Assembly (NCBI GenBank): GCA_023412845.1
Contig: JAEZRH010000172.1
Span: forward strand, 7,051-71,050
Length of the DNA: 64,000 nucleotides
From: Bacillota bacterium
Lineage (GTDB): Bacteria > Bacillota > Clostridia > Oscillospirales > Acutalibacteraceae
Direction: 5' to 3'
The translations under genes and the position numbers were made by a program. The first letter of the stretch is position 1, and each line of letters starts with the position of its first letter. The notes below the pieces were generated by a model. That model did no database searches. It was not told the DNA's origin and was given only the letters and a program-made list of their open reading frames with translations. This document shows positions 8,664 through 18,080 of the stretch, piece by piece.

Positions 8664-9830
8664 TCACCCCACATAAGCTTTCTCAAACGCAGTTTCAAGG
8701 TCCCTGGCGAGATCGCGTTTGTCTTCAATGCCGACAGAAAGGCGAACCAGATTGTCAACGATGCCGACCTTTTGCCGTACCTCGTACGGCACGGAGGCGT
8801 GCGTCATGGTGGCGGGATGGCAGACGAGCGACTCCACGCCGCCGAGGCTTTCCGCCAGAGCGATCAGCCGCACGTTTTCATAGAACCTGCGGATGTCGTA
8901 TTTTTCGGAAAGAACGAACGAGATCATGGCGCCCGCACCGGACGCCTGCTTCTTCTGGATCTCGTATCCGGGGAAATCTTCAAATCCGGGATAATACACC
9001 TTCGTCACGCCGTCGTGCCCGCGCAGAAAATCGGCCAGGTAAGCCGTGTTCTCCTGATGCCGGTCCATACGGACGGAAAGCGTCTTGATCCCGCGGATCA
9101 GCAGCCACGAGTCGAACGGGCCGGCGACGCCGCCCGTCGCGTTCTGGATGAACGCAAGGCGCTCCGCCGTTTTTTCGTCCTTCACCACGGCGAGACCAGC
9201 CACAAGGTCGCTGTGCCCGCCCAGGTACTTCGTTGCGCTGTGCACCACGATGTCCGCACCAAGAGACAGCGGGCGCTGCAGGTACGGCGTCATGAACGTA
9301 TTGTCGACGATCACCGTCAGCCCGTGCCTGTGGGCGATTTCGGAGGCTGCCGCGATGTCCGTGACTGTCAGCAGCGGGTTTGCCGGGCTTTCGATCAGCA
9401 GCGCGCGCACGCTTTCGTCGATGCTGCTCTCCAGAAGATCCAGGTCGGAAGTATCCACGACCTCGTAGGCGAGGCCGAAGCCTTTGAAAATTTTATCCAG
9501 CACGCGGAACGTGCCGCCGTATACGTTGCTGGAAATGATGACTTTGCCGCCGTTTTGGAACAGCGTCAGCACGGCCGTGATCGCCGCCATTCCGGAACCG
9601 AACGCGAATCCCGCCGCGCCGCCTTCCAGTTCCGCAATCAGCTTTTCCAGCGCCTCGCGGGTCGGGTTGCCCGTGCGGGAATACTCATACCCGCTGTTTT
9701 TGCCCAGCCCCTGCTGGCGGTATGTGGAAGTCTGGTAAATCGGAACGCTGACCGCTCCCGTCGCCGGGTCGCCGTCAATCCCTCCGTGAATCAGTCTGCT
9801 GCTGAACGAAATCTGCTCCTGCGCGCTCAT
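8664..9830 (-). CDS. mccB: cystathionine gamma-lyase (Cys/Met PLP-dependent family)
   Basis: PIYQTSTY, YEYSRTGNPTR, VDNTF.TP, HSATKYLGGHSD and AESLGGVESL motifs. Confidence 0.85.
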   Translation of the reverse strand: MSAQEQISFSSRLIHGGIDGDPATGAVSVPIYQTSTYRQQGLGKNSGYEYSRTGNPTREALEKLIAELEGGAAGFAFGSGMAAITAVLTLFQNGGKVIISSNVYGGTFRVLDKIFKGFGLAYEVVDTSDLDLLESSIDESVRALLIESPANPLLTVTDIAAASEIAHRHGLTVIVDNTFMTPYLQRPLSLGADIVVHSATKYLGGHSDLVAGLAVVKDEKTAERLAFIQNATGGVAGPFDSWLLIRGIKTLSVRMDRHQENTAYLADFLRGHDGVTKVYYPGFEDFPGYEIQKKQASGAGAMISFVLSEKYDIRRFYENVRLIALAESLGGVESLVCHPATMTHASVPYEVRQKVGIVDNLVRLSVGIEDKRDLARDLETAFEKAYVG

Positions 9831-9875
9831 CTGCTACATCCTTTCAAAATATACTTAATTAGTCTGTATTCATAC

Positions 9876-9917
9876 AAAATAAAAAGACCGGACGGCATCG
9901 GCCGCCCGGTCTTTTTT
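9876..9917 (-). terminator. attenuator terminator in the mccB leader
   Basis: minus strand AAAAAAGACCGGGCGGC-CGAT-GCCGTCCGGTCTTTTT-ATTTT, lying between promoter and mccB start. Confidence 0.85.
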
Positions 9918-9935
9918 GCAGATGCAGAATCCTGC

Positions 9936-10052
9936 CTAAAAAGCCCACAGGGACGCCCGCCGTATCCCGACCGCAAGACAGCGACAACAGACACAGCCTT
10001 TTTCGGCTGCGCTGCGTTCCGTATGATTCGCGGTGAAAAAATGGTGAAGCAC
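9936..10052 (-). CDS. putative Cys-rich attenuator leader peptide, 38 aa: MLHHFFTANHTERSAAEKGCVCCRCLAVGIRRASLWAF
   Basis: RBS AAGGGAG 8 nt before GTG; four TGT Cys codons within six codons (9978-9995); stop 19 nt before the terminator; absent from the ORF track. Confidence 0.75.
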   Translation of the reverse strand: MLHHFFTANHTERSAAEKGCVCCRCLAVGIRRASLWAF

Positions 10053-10070
10053 GGCAGGTTCTCCCTTCTT

Positions 10071-10095
10071 ATTTCATATTATTTCGATATGTTAT
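10071..10095. promoter_or_regulatory. candidate Rrf2/CymR-type operator
   Basis: imperfect palindrome ATTTCATAT-N7-ATATGTTAT between the -10 box and the leader RBS. Confidence 0.4.
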
Positions 10096-10115
10096 TATAT
10101 GCATTAGCTGCTGAT

Positions 10116-10144
10116 AATCTACACCTTTTTTCCGGCTTTGTCAA
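10116..10144 (-). promoter_or_regulatory. sigmaA promoter of the leader-mccB-mccA-methyltransferase operon
   Basis: TTGACA-17bp-TAGATT. Confidence 0.7.
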
Positions 10145-10331
10145 GAGGGCGGACGCAAAGCGTCTTTCGCGCCTGCGGCGGGCATGACCATGGCTTTATG
10201 AAAAATTGCTTCACGTCCCGCCAAAATAAGCTTTTCATTCTCTATCGGCCCGCGGTGAGCCGAAACAGACCGTCCTGTTGATTTTTTGGGCGGGTTGTAG
10301 TATGGTTGTAGCGTAGCCGTTTTTTCCGGCT

Positions 10332-10372
10332 GGTCAGTCGCAACATCCTGACCTAAAACAAAACTACGGAGG
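10332..10372 (+). promoter_or_regulatory. preQ1-I riboswitch (translational)
   Basis: P1 GGTCAG/CTGACC, loop TCGCAACATC, A-rich tail TAAAACAAAACTAC running into the GGAGG RBS, directly before queT; upstream TTGATT-17-TATGGT promoter at 10278-10306. Confidence 0.85.
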
Positions 10373-10381
10373 CATGTAAAA

Positions 10382-10939
10382 ATGAACAATCAATCCATGC
10401 GGCTGCGTCGCCTGACGCAGGGCGCCGTGATCGCCGCGGCCTACGCCGCCTTGACCTACGCCGCCGCTCTCGCAAACCTGGCCTACGGACCGGTGCAGTT
10501 CCGTTTTTCCGAAGCTCTGACCATTCTGCCCGTATTCACTTCCGCGGCGGTCCCGGGCCTGACCATCGGATGCCTGCTTGCCAATATTTTCAGCGGGTAC
10601 GGCATGTACGACATGGTCTTCGGCACGCTCGCCACGCTGCTGGCGGCCATTGGCACCCACCTTGTGCGGCGTATCCGCTTCCGCGGCGTCCCCGTGCTTG
10701 CACCGCTGCCGCCGATCCTGCTGAACGCCGTCATCGTCGGGGCGGAGATCACCGCCCTTTCGCCCGGGGGCTTCGCATGGGCGGTATTCTGGCCCACCGC
10801 CGGTTCCGTCGGCCTGGGCGAGTTCGTCGTGTGCTACGCGCTGGGGCTTCCCCTTGCCTTGGCGCTTGAAAAGAATCCCGCTATCCGGCGGATTGTATCC
10901 GCGCCCACGCCCCGCAATTTCATCCTGCGGAAAAAATAA
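10382..10939 (+). CDS. queT: queuosine precursor ECF transporter S component QueT
   Basis: AVIAAAYAALT, YGPVQFRFSEAL.ILP, GLTIGC..AN and D..FGTLAT motifs; preQ1 riboswitch upstream. Confidence 0.92.
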   Translation: MNNQSMRLRRLTQGAVIAAAYAALTYAAALANLAYGPVQFRFSEALTILPVFTSAAVPGLTIGCLLANIFSGYGMYDMVFGTLATLLAAIGTHLVRRIRFRGVPVLAPLPPILLNAVIVGAEITALSPGGFAWAVFWPTAGSVGLGEFVVCYALGLPLALALEKNPAIRRIVSAPTPRNFILRKK

Positions 10940-11087
10940 GCTCTCCCTGGCGGGAGAGAAATGGGACGCTCCTGACCGCAGATGCAGACTCTGCAAATCG
11001 GGAGCGTCCTTCGACTGTCCGGGCAAAGGATAGCTTTCCATTTTCATCGGGTTCTATGCCCTGCCGTGGGGAGCGGCGGCACGGCGC

Positions 11088-11966
11088 TCAACGGGTGCCC
11101 GTCAGCTTACGGTCGAGCCGCCGGCCGAGGATGCGCGCCCCAATGCTGAACGCAAACACCATAAGGATGAGCACGGCGGAGGAGACGTCCGCGACCTGCG
11201 CGGCGTTGGGAGCGACGGCCTCCGTGCGCATCGACCAGATGTGCAACGCAAGCGTTTCGCCGGGGCGGAACGGATTCAGCGGGCATGTGGGCGAAGCGAG
11301 GTTCCACCGGCTCCAGTTGATGTCCGTGCTCATACCCGCGGTGTACAGCAGCGCGGCGGCTTCGCCGAAGCCGCGTCCGGCCGCGAGGATGACCCCCGTG
11401 ATGATTCGCGGCACGCAGGCCGGCAGCAGCACCTTCATGATCGTCTGCCAGTGCGTCGCGCCTATGGCAAAGCTGCCTTCCTTCCATTTGACCGGCACGG
11501 CGCGCATGGCGTCTTCCGTCGTCGTGGTGATCAGCGGCAGGCTGAGGATGGAGACCGCCAGCGCACCCGCAAACAGATTCCATTTGGAATGGGTCAGCTC
11601 GATGAACACATAGCTGCCGAACAGACCGACCACGATGGAGGGCAGCGAGGAAAGCGTCTCCATGCTGGTGCGGATGAATTCGGTCAGCTTTCCCGGTTTG
11701 GCGTACTCCGACATATAAACGCCGGCGGCGACGCCGATCGGCACACTGACCAGAAGGGCGAGGAACACCAGATAAACGGTGTTGAAGAGCTGATTGCCGA
11801 TGCCGTTCGCGTTGAATGCGAGGAGGGCCGGGCTGAACGCCCGCACTCCGCGGAACACGACATAAACGGTGAACGCGGCCAGCAGCATAAGGAAAAATCC
11901 GGCGACGCAGTAAAGCAGGGCCGTCATCGCCCGGTCGGCCAGAATGGCTTTTTTATGTCTGCTCAT
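11088..11966 (-). CDS. pstA: phosphate ABC transporter permease PstA
   Basis: YMSEYA, LSSLPSIVVGLFG, EGSFAIGATHWQTI, GRGFGEAAAL and ETLALHIW motifs. Confidence 0.93.
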   Translation of the reverse strand: MSRHKKAILADRAMTALLYCVAGFFLMLLAAFTVYVVFRGVRAFSPALLAFNANGIGNQLFNTVYLVFLALLVSVPIGVAAGVYMSEYAKPGKLTEFIRTSMETLSSLPSIVVGLFGSYVFIELTHSKWNLFAGALAVSILSLPLITTTTEDAMRAVPVKWKEGSFAIGATHWQTIMKVLLPACVPRIITGVILAAGRGFGEAAALLYTAGMSTDINWSRWNLASPTCPLNPFRPGETLALHIWSMRTEAVAPNAAQVADVSSAVLILMVFAFSIGARILGRRLDRKLTGTR

Positions 11967-12853
11967 CCTTCTTTCGCCCCTTTCACCGAAATTTTACGCA
12001 CAAGGAAGATAAAGAGGTACGAAATCAGAAGCAGGAGAAGCGCCATGCTCCACAGCCCTGCGCTGTATTCCCCGCCTTCCGTCGCGCCGCCCATGTCGGA
12101 CGCGATGGCGGCGGTCAGTGTGCTTGTGGGGGCGAGGATGCCCGTGGGGAAGGCCTTCATCTTGCCGACCACCATGGCGACGGCCAACGCCTCGCCGAAC
12201 GCGCGCGAAAGGCCGAGGATGATGCCCGTCAGAATACCGGGCTTCGCCGACGGCAGCAGTACTCTGTGGATGACCTGCCAGCGGGTGGAACCGAGGCCGT
12301 AGGCCGCCTCCTGAAAGCCGTGCGGAACTCCGCCGATGGCGTCGGCGGAAACACTCGCGATGGTGGGGAAGATCATGACCGCCAGCACGATGCCCGCCGC
12401 CAGCACCGAGTAGCCGAACTGCAGGTTGAAGATCTTCTCCAGCGCGGGGACCAGGACGGTCGCGCCCACCCAGCCGTAGACCACTGAGGGAATGCCGACG
12501 AAGATCTCAACGGCGGGCCGGAAGAGCCTGTCGCTGACCTTCGGCGAGATCACCGCCATGAAAATTGCCGCCGAAAGGCTGAACGGCGTGGCAATCAGCA
12601 GCGCCAGGAAGCACACGCACAGCGAACCGACAATGAAGATGGCCGCGCCGACCTGCCCGCCCCCGTCGAAGTCGTCGGCGGGGTTCCAGTTCGAGGAGAA
12701 AAGGAATTCCAGCACGCTGTGGTGGTAAACGCGGAACGTATCCGCTCCGCGGTAGATGAGGAATGCGCCGATCAGAAGAGTCAGCACAATGATGAAGAGC
12801 CCGCAGGCCATGACGGCGATGCGCGGCGCCGATCCTTTTTTAGACATTCCCAC
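11963..12853 (-). CDS. pstC: phosphate ABC transporter permease PstC
   Basis: GIPSVVYG, EAAYGLGSTRWQ and SRAFGEALAVAMV motifs; start may be 12853 (GTG) or 12847 (ATG). Confidence 0.93.
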   Translation of the reverse strand: MGMSKKGSAPRIAVMACGLFIIVLTLLIGAFLIYRGADTFRVYHHSVLEFLFSSNWNPADDFDGGGQVGAAIFIVGSLCVCFLALLIATPFSLSAAIFMAVISPKVSDRLFRPAVEIFVGIPSVVYGWVGATVLVPALEKIFNLQFGYSVLAAGIVLAVMIFPTIASVSADAIGGVPHGFQEAAYGLGSTRWQVIHRVLLPSAKPGILTGIILGLSRAFGEALAVAMVVGKMKAFPTGILAPTSTLTAAIASDMGGATEGGEYSAGLWSMALLLLLISYLFIFLVRKISVKGAKEG

Positions 12854-12989
12854 TTCTTCTTTCCTATAAAATTCCGCTCCGCCGTTTTTCCTGAAGAGTC
12901 ACGGCATTTTCCGCCGCTTCATAAAATGTTGAAAGCTTTCAGCCATCTGTGCTATGATGTTTCTGTCAGAAAACGGAGGGATGAATATC

Positions 12990-13349
12990 ATGTATGACGA
13001 ATATCGCTCGGGGCCTTTCTGCCCCAGGTGCGGCGCGCGGCTTCCGGCCGGGGTAGCCTACTGCCCGCACTGCGGTGCGGCGGTGACTTCCCCGTACGCG
13101 CAGCCCGCCTCCTGGGGAAACGGAGTCTCCCCCTACAACCGTCTGGCGGCGCTGCTGCTTTGCGTCCTTGTCGGCGCCCTGGGGATCCACCGGTTCTATG
13201 TGGGAAAAATCGGCACCGGCATTCTATGGCTCTGCACCGCCGGGGTCTTCGGCATCGGCGTGCTGGTGGACCTCATCATGATCTGCACCGGCAACTTCAC
13301 CGACGGATACGGAAGGCCGGTGCTGGACTGGCAGGGCTGGTGGCGTTAA
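12990..13349 (+). CDS. zinc-ribbon + TM2 domain protein
   Basis: CPRCG...CPHCG ribbon, then ALLLC..VGALGIHRFYVGKIGTGILW...D TM2 motif; RBS GGAGGG; promoter TTGAAA-18-TATGAT at 12929-12958. Confidence 0.88.
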   Translation: MYDEYRSGPFCPRCGARLPAGVAYCPHCGAAVTSPYAQPASWGNGVSPYNRLAALLLCVLVGALGIHRFYVGKIGTGILWLCTAGVFGIGVLVDLIMICTGNFTDGYGRPVLDWQGWWR

Positions 13350-13488
13350 CCCGCACGGCCGTTTTTCCCTTTCGCAAATGCAGCCGCGGCGGATGCACGA
13401 AACGTGCATTCGTCGCGGCATTTCAGATTCCGTTTTTCAGATCCGGGCCGTCAAGCCCCGTGTGGCGTGTACTCATTGGGAAGCGGAT

Positions 13489-14445
13489 TTATTTCGCTTT
13501 CGGGTCGGCGCGTTTCACGGTCATCTTGGAAGCGACGTTGTAGCCCATGGCTTCCATATCCTTGCCGTATGTGTCGGACTGCATGTAATCGATGAGGGCT
13601 TTGGCGACTCCCGTTGCGTCGCCTTTCGTGTACATGTGCTCATAGCCCCATACGTTGTATTTGCCGGCATAAGTGTTTTCAAGCGTGGGCGCCACACCGT
13701 CGATGGAAACGGTCTTGACGGAGGTGTTGTTCACAAGGTAGGAAAGCGCGACATATCCGATGGCACCCTTATGGGAGGAAACCGTCTGCAGCAGCGTGCC
13801 GGAGTCGTCTGTTTCCAGAGACTTGTTGGAGGCCTCATTCGCGCCTTTCAGGGCGTAGCTCTTGAACAGGGCCCTTGTGCCGGAGGTCGTCGGGCGCGTT
13901 ACCAGCGTGATGGCTTCGTCTGGGCCGCCGACTTCTTTCCAGTTCTTGGTCTTGGCGGTGAAAATGCCGACAAGCTGATCGGTCGTCAGGTTCGTGACCT
14001 TTTCAGATACGTCCGGGCTTACGATCGGAGCCATGGTGATGACGCACACCTGATGGTCGACAAGCGCCTTGGCGTCGGCGGCGGGGAGCTTTTCATCCGC
14101 GAACACGTCGGACATACCGATATCTACCGTGCTGGCTGCGACCTGCTTCAGGCCCGTGCCGGAACCGCCCGCGTTCAGCGTGATGGAAGCGTCGGGATTC
14201 GCCGTCTTGAATTTACCGGCGGCGTCCTTGGCCAGCGGGTACAGCGCGGAAGAACCGGAGATGCTGATGCTGCCGGAAACCGACGCCGCGGAAGAAGCAG
14301 CCGCGGAGGCGGCCTCGGAAGATGCCGCAGCGGACGCGGCTTCGGAGGACGCAGCGGCGGAAGATGCGGAGGACGTTCCTCCCGAGCACGCCGTGGTGCC
14401 GATCAGCATAGCGGCCGTCAGTACAAGCGAAAGTATTTTTTTCAT
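13489..14445 (-). CDS. pstS: phosphate ABC transporter substrate-binding lipoprotein PstS
   Basis: lipobox TTAC, Ser/Ala linker, SGSSAL, GGSGTG, DIGMSD, RPTTSGTR and WGYEHMYT motifs. Confidence 0.93.
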   Translation of the reverse strand: MKKILSLVLTAAMLIGTTACSGGTSSASSAAASSEAASAAASSEAASAAASSAASVSGSISISGSSALYPLAKDAAGKFKTANPDASITLNAGGSGTGLKQVAASTVDIGMSDVFADEKLPAADAKALVDHQVCVITMAPIVSPDVSEKVTNLTTDQLVGIFTAKTKNWKEVGGPDEAITLVTRPTTSGTRALFKSYALKGANEASNKSLETDDSGTLLQTVSSHKGAIGYVALSYLVNNTSVKTVSIDGVAPTLENTYAGKYNVWGYEHMYTKGDATGVAKALIDYMQSDTYGKDMEAMGYNVASKMTVKRADPKAK

Positions 14446-14487
14446 ACTCTTTCTCCTTATTCAAATCATTATTAGCTTTCGTCTGAA

Positions 14488-14564
14488 AGTATATGTTGTC
14501 CGCTTTAAATGCACGTTATATGCCCGTTAGGCTCGTGTTATATTTTTGTTAAAGACAGGTTAAA
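14488..14564 (-). promoter_or_regulatory. pstS promoter with six tandem Pho-box-like repeats
   Basis: minus-strand hexamers TTTAAC, TTTAAC, TATAAC, CCTAAC, TATAAC, TTTAAA at exact 11-bp spacing (plus starts 14559, 14548, 14537, 14526, 14515, 14504), then -10 TATACT at 14488-14493. Confidence 0.8.
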
Positions 14565-14747
14565 TATACTTTCTCCCTCCGCCAAACATAATTTTGAAAG
14601 GATTCCGGCGCATAAAAATGCCCGGAGCGGTGATTCCCGCTCCGGGCGCAGGCGTGGTCTGATTCGGCCTGCCGTTTAACAGATGAAGAATGAACAGCCT
14701 GCTTTAACGGGACGTCCGCCGTAGGCGCAAAAGGCGCCGTGCGCCCG

Positions 14748-15911
14748 TCAGTCGCCGAAGGCGTCTTTGATCTTGCCGAAAAAGGATTTGCGCTTCTGGT
14801 AGTTTTTGTCATCCGCGGAACGGTCGAATTCCTCCAGCAGATCCTTCTGTTTCTGCGAAAGATTCTTTGGCACCTCGATGGTCACGCGCACGTACTGGTC
14901 GCCGCGTCCCCTGCCGCCCAGCTTCGGGATTCCCTTGCCGCGCAGCTTGAACACGTCGCCCGGCTGCGTGCCCGCGTGCACCTCATATTCCACCTTACCG
15001 TCGATGGTCGGCACCACGGCCTGCGTGCCCAAAGCGGCCTGCGTAAAGGTCAGCGGCAGCTCGCACCACACGTCGTTGCCGCGGCGTTCGAACAACGGGT
15101 GCGGCCGCACGGTCACATAGACGTGCAGGTCGCCCGTCGGGCCGCCGTTGGTGCCGGCGTCTCCCTTGCCGGTCACGTTCAGGATCTGGTCGTTGTCGAT
15201 GCCCGCCGGAATGTTGATCTCAATGGTCTGGTGCCGGCGGACCCGTCCGGACCCGCTGCACGCCGGGCACGGGTCGTCGATCACATGGCCGCTGCCGCCG
15301 CAGCGGTCGCAGGTACGCACGGTCTGCACCACGCCGAACGGCGTACGCTGGCTGACGCGCACCTGACCGGAGCCGCCGCACTGCGGGCACGTTTTCGCCG
15401 AGGTGCCCGCCTTCGCCCCGGTGCCGTGGCAATCCGGGCATTCGTCGATGTGGTCGTATGAGATCTGCTTGACGCAGCCTTTCGCGGCCTCTTCGAAATC
15501 GATGGAGATCGAAGCCTCGCTGTCGGCACCCCGGCGCGGCGCGTTCGTGCTTCGGCGGCCGGAGCCGCCGAACCCGCCGAAACCGTCAAACCCGCCGAAG
15601 CCGCTGAAAACGCTGTTGAAAATATCGTCTATATTGATGTTGCCTGTAAACGGGCCGCCCGCTCCGGCGCCGCCGCCGAAATTCGGGTCCACCCCGGCCT
15701 GGCCGAACTGGTCGTAGCGCGCCCGCTTGTCTTTGTCGGAAAGCACCTCGTACGCTTCGTTGATCTCTTTGAATTTTGCCTCGGCCTGCTTATCGCCGGG
15801 GTGCAGGTCGGGGTGATACTGTTTCGCCAGCTTGCGGTACGCTTTCTTGATCTCGTCCTCGGTGGCGTTTTTGGGCACGCCCATGACTTCATAATAATCT
15901 TTTTCAGCCAA
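14748..15911 (-). CDS. dnaJ: chaperone DnaJ
   Basis: J-domain HPD, G/F-rich region, four CxxCxGxG repeats; TTG start at 15911 after GGGAG. Confidence 0.97.
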   Translation of the reverse strand: MAEKDYYEVMGVPKNATEDEIKKAYRKLAKQYHPDLHPGDKQAEAKFKEINEAYEVLSDKDKRARYDQFGQAGVDPNFGGGAGAGGPFTGNINIDDIFNSVFSGFGGFDGFGGFGGSGRRSTNAPRRGADSEASISIDFEEAAKGCVKQISYDHIDECPDCHGTGAKAGTSAKTCPQCGGSGQVRVSQRTPFGVVQTVRTCDRCGGSGHVIDDPCPACSGSGRVRRHQTIEINIPAGIDNDQILNVTGKGDAGTNGGPTGDLHVYVTVRPHPLFERRGNDVWCELPLTFTQAALGTQAVVPTIDGKVEYEVHAGTQPGDVFKLRGKGIPKLGGRGRGDQYVRVTIEVPKNLSQKQKDLLEEFDRSADDKNYQKRKSFFGKIKDAFGD

Positions 15912-16024
15912 GCCAATCACTCCCGGATATCACGCGCGCAGGGCAGCCGAGCAGGCTGCCCTGAAGCGCTTGTATGTGAACGCCCGCCGCAGAACTGTGC
16001 GGGGACGGTTGCCGAATTTGCGGA

Positions 16025-17884
16025 TCATTTCTTGTCTTTGTCGTCGTTAACGTCCCGGTACTCCGCGTTGTACACGGTGTTGCCGTCCTGGTCCTGCGTG
16101 GGGCCAGCGTTCGGCTGCTGCGGGTTCGCCTGGGACGGCTGGTCCTGCGGAGCTGCGTTCTTGTACAGCTTCTCGCTGACGGCGTACATGGCCTTCTGCA
16201 GTTCTTCGGTCTTGGCTTTGATCTCGTCTGCGCCCGCGGAGGAAATGGCCGAACGCAGCGCCGAAACCTTACCGTTAAGGTCGGTCTTGTCGGCATCCGA
16301 AATCTTGTCGCCGCTGTCCTTCAGAAGCTTCTCGACGGCGTAGCAGAGATTCTCGGCCTCGTTCTTCGTGTCGATCTCCTCGCGGTGCTTCTTGTCTTCG
16401 GATTCATATTTTTCGGCTTCCTTGACGGCCTTGTCGATGTCGTCCTTGCTCATGTTCGAACTGGAGGAAATGGTGATCTTCTGCTGCTTGCCGGTGCCGA
16501 GGTCCTTGGCCGAAACGTTCACGATGCCGTTGGCGTCGATGTCGAACGTGACCTCGATCTGGGGGATGCCGCGCGGAGCCGGGGCGATGCCGTCCAACTT
16601 GAACAGGCCGAGCTGCTTGTTGTCGCGGGCAAACTGGCGTTCGCCCTGCAGCACGTTGACCTCAACGGAGGTCTGGCCGTCCGCAGCGGTCGAGAAGATC
16701 TGGCTCTTCTTCGTGGGGATCGTGGTGTTGCGGTCGATGATCTTTGTCATCACGCCGCCCATGGTTTCAACGCCGAGGGACAGCGGGGTAACGTCCAGAA
16801 GCAGCAGGCCCTCGACCTCGCCGCCCAGAACGCCCGCTTGGATGGCCGCGCCGATTGCGACGCATTCATCCGGGTTGATGCCCTTGAACGGCTCCTTGCC
16901 GGAGAGCTTCTTGACGGTCTCCTGCACGGCGGGCATCCTCGAGGAGCCGCCGACGAGCAGGACCTTGCTGATGTCGTTGAAGGCGAGGTTCGCGTCGGAC
17001 AGAGCCTGTTTCACCGGGCCTACGGTCCTTTCGACCAGATCGGCGGTCAGTTCGTCGAACTTCGCGCGGGTCAGGGTCATGTCAAGGTGCTTCGGGCCGG
17101 TCGCGTCCGCCGTGATGAACGGCAGGTTGATCTGCGAGGAAGTCATGCCGGAAAGCTCGATCTTCGCCTTTTCGGCGGCTTCCTTCAGGCGCTGCATGGC
17201 CATCTTGTCACCGGAAAGGTCGATGCCGTTTTCCTTTTTGAATTCGCCGGTCATCCAGTCCATGACGCGCTTGTCGAAGTCGTCGCCGCCGAGGCGGTTG
17301 TTGCCGGCCGTCGCAAGCACTTCCTGCACGCCGTCGCCCATCTCGATGATGGAAACGTCGAATGTACCGCCGCCGAGATCGTAGACCATGATCTTCTGAT
17401 CGGCGTCCTTGTCGATGCCGTAGGAGAGCGCGGCCGCCGTCGGCTCGTTGATGATGCGCTTGACGTCGAGCCCGGCGATCTTGCCGGCGTCCTTCGTCGC
17501 CTGGCGCTGCGAATCCGTAAAGTACGCCGGCACCGTGATGACCGCGGAGGTCACAGGCTCGCCGAGGTACGCTTCCGCATCCGCCTTCAGCTTCTGCAGG
17601 ATCATTGCGGAAATTTCCTGCGGGGTGAACTTCTTGTCGTCTATCGTTACCTTGTAATCGGAGCCCATTTCCCTTTTGATGGAAGAAACCGTGCGGTCCG
17701 GGTTCGTGATGGCCTGGCGTTTTGCGACCTGGCCGACCATACGTTCGCCCGTCTTGGAGAATGCGACGACCGACGGCGTGGTGCGCGCGCCTTCCGAATT
17801 CGGGATGACGACGGGCTTGCCACCCTCGATCACGGCGACGCAGGAATTTGTTGTGCCAAGATCAATGCCAATTGTTTTCGACAT
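16025..17884 (-). CDS. dnaK: chaperone DnaK
   Basis: [26 protein letters not shown] and [15 protein letters not shown] motifs. Confidence 0.98.
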   Translation of the reverse strand: MSKTIGIDLGTTNSCVAVIEGGKPVVIPNSEGARTTPSVVAFSKTGERMVGQVAKRQAITNPDRTVSSIKREMGSDYKVTIDDKKFTPQEISAMILQKLKADAEAYLGEPVTSAVITVPAYFTDSQRQATKDAGKIAGLDVKRIINEPTAAALSYGIDKDADQKIMVYDLGGGTFDVSIIEMGDGVQEVLATAGNNRLGGDDFDKRVMDWMTGEFKKENGIDLSGDKMAMQRLKEAAEKAKIELSGMTSSQINLPFITADATGPKHLDMTLTRAKFDELTADLVERTVGPVKQALSDANLAFNDISKVLLVGGSSRMPAVQETVKKLSGKEPFKGINPDECVAIGAAIQAGVLGGEVEGLLLLDVTPLSLGVETMGGVMTKIIDRNTTIPTKKSQIFSTAADGQTSVEVNVLQGERQFARDNKQLGLFKLDGIAPAPRGIPQIEVTFDIDANGIVNVSAKDLGTGKQQKITISSSSNMSKDDIDKAVKEAEKYESEDKKHREEIDTKNEAENLCYAVEKLLKDSGDKISDADKTDLNGKVSALRSAISSAGADEIKAKTEELQKAMYAVSEKLYKNAAPQDQPSQANPQQPNAGPTQDQDGNTVYNAEYRDVNDDKDKK

Positions 17885-18080
17885 ATTTATTACCTCCAGT
17901 TAAATTCGTCATTAAACTCAAAATCTGTTTTATCTGAACCGCCGGACAGGCATAAGATGCCCTTCGCGCCTGCTGGGGATTTGCCGGCCGCGCCGGACTG
18001 TACCTTCCGGGAGATGTCTTTGACCCTTCCGCCAAACAAAACATGAAAATTACTGTCTGGCGAACGGCGGCGGCATGCCG

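Noticed and set aside
9830..10110. Cys T-box leader for mccB
   Set aside because: No GGTGGNACCRCG T-box sequence or stem I motifs; the Cys-codon uORF explains the terminator better
14280..14375. Tandem repeats in pstS
   Set aside because: Ordinary degenerate Ser/Ala (ASSEAAS) lipoprotein linker, not a CRISPR or mobile repeat
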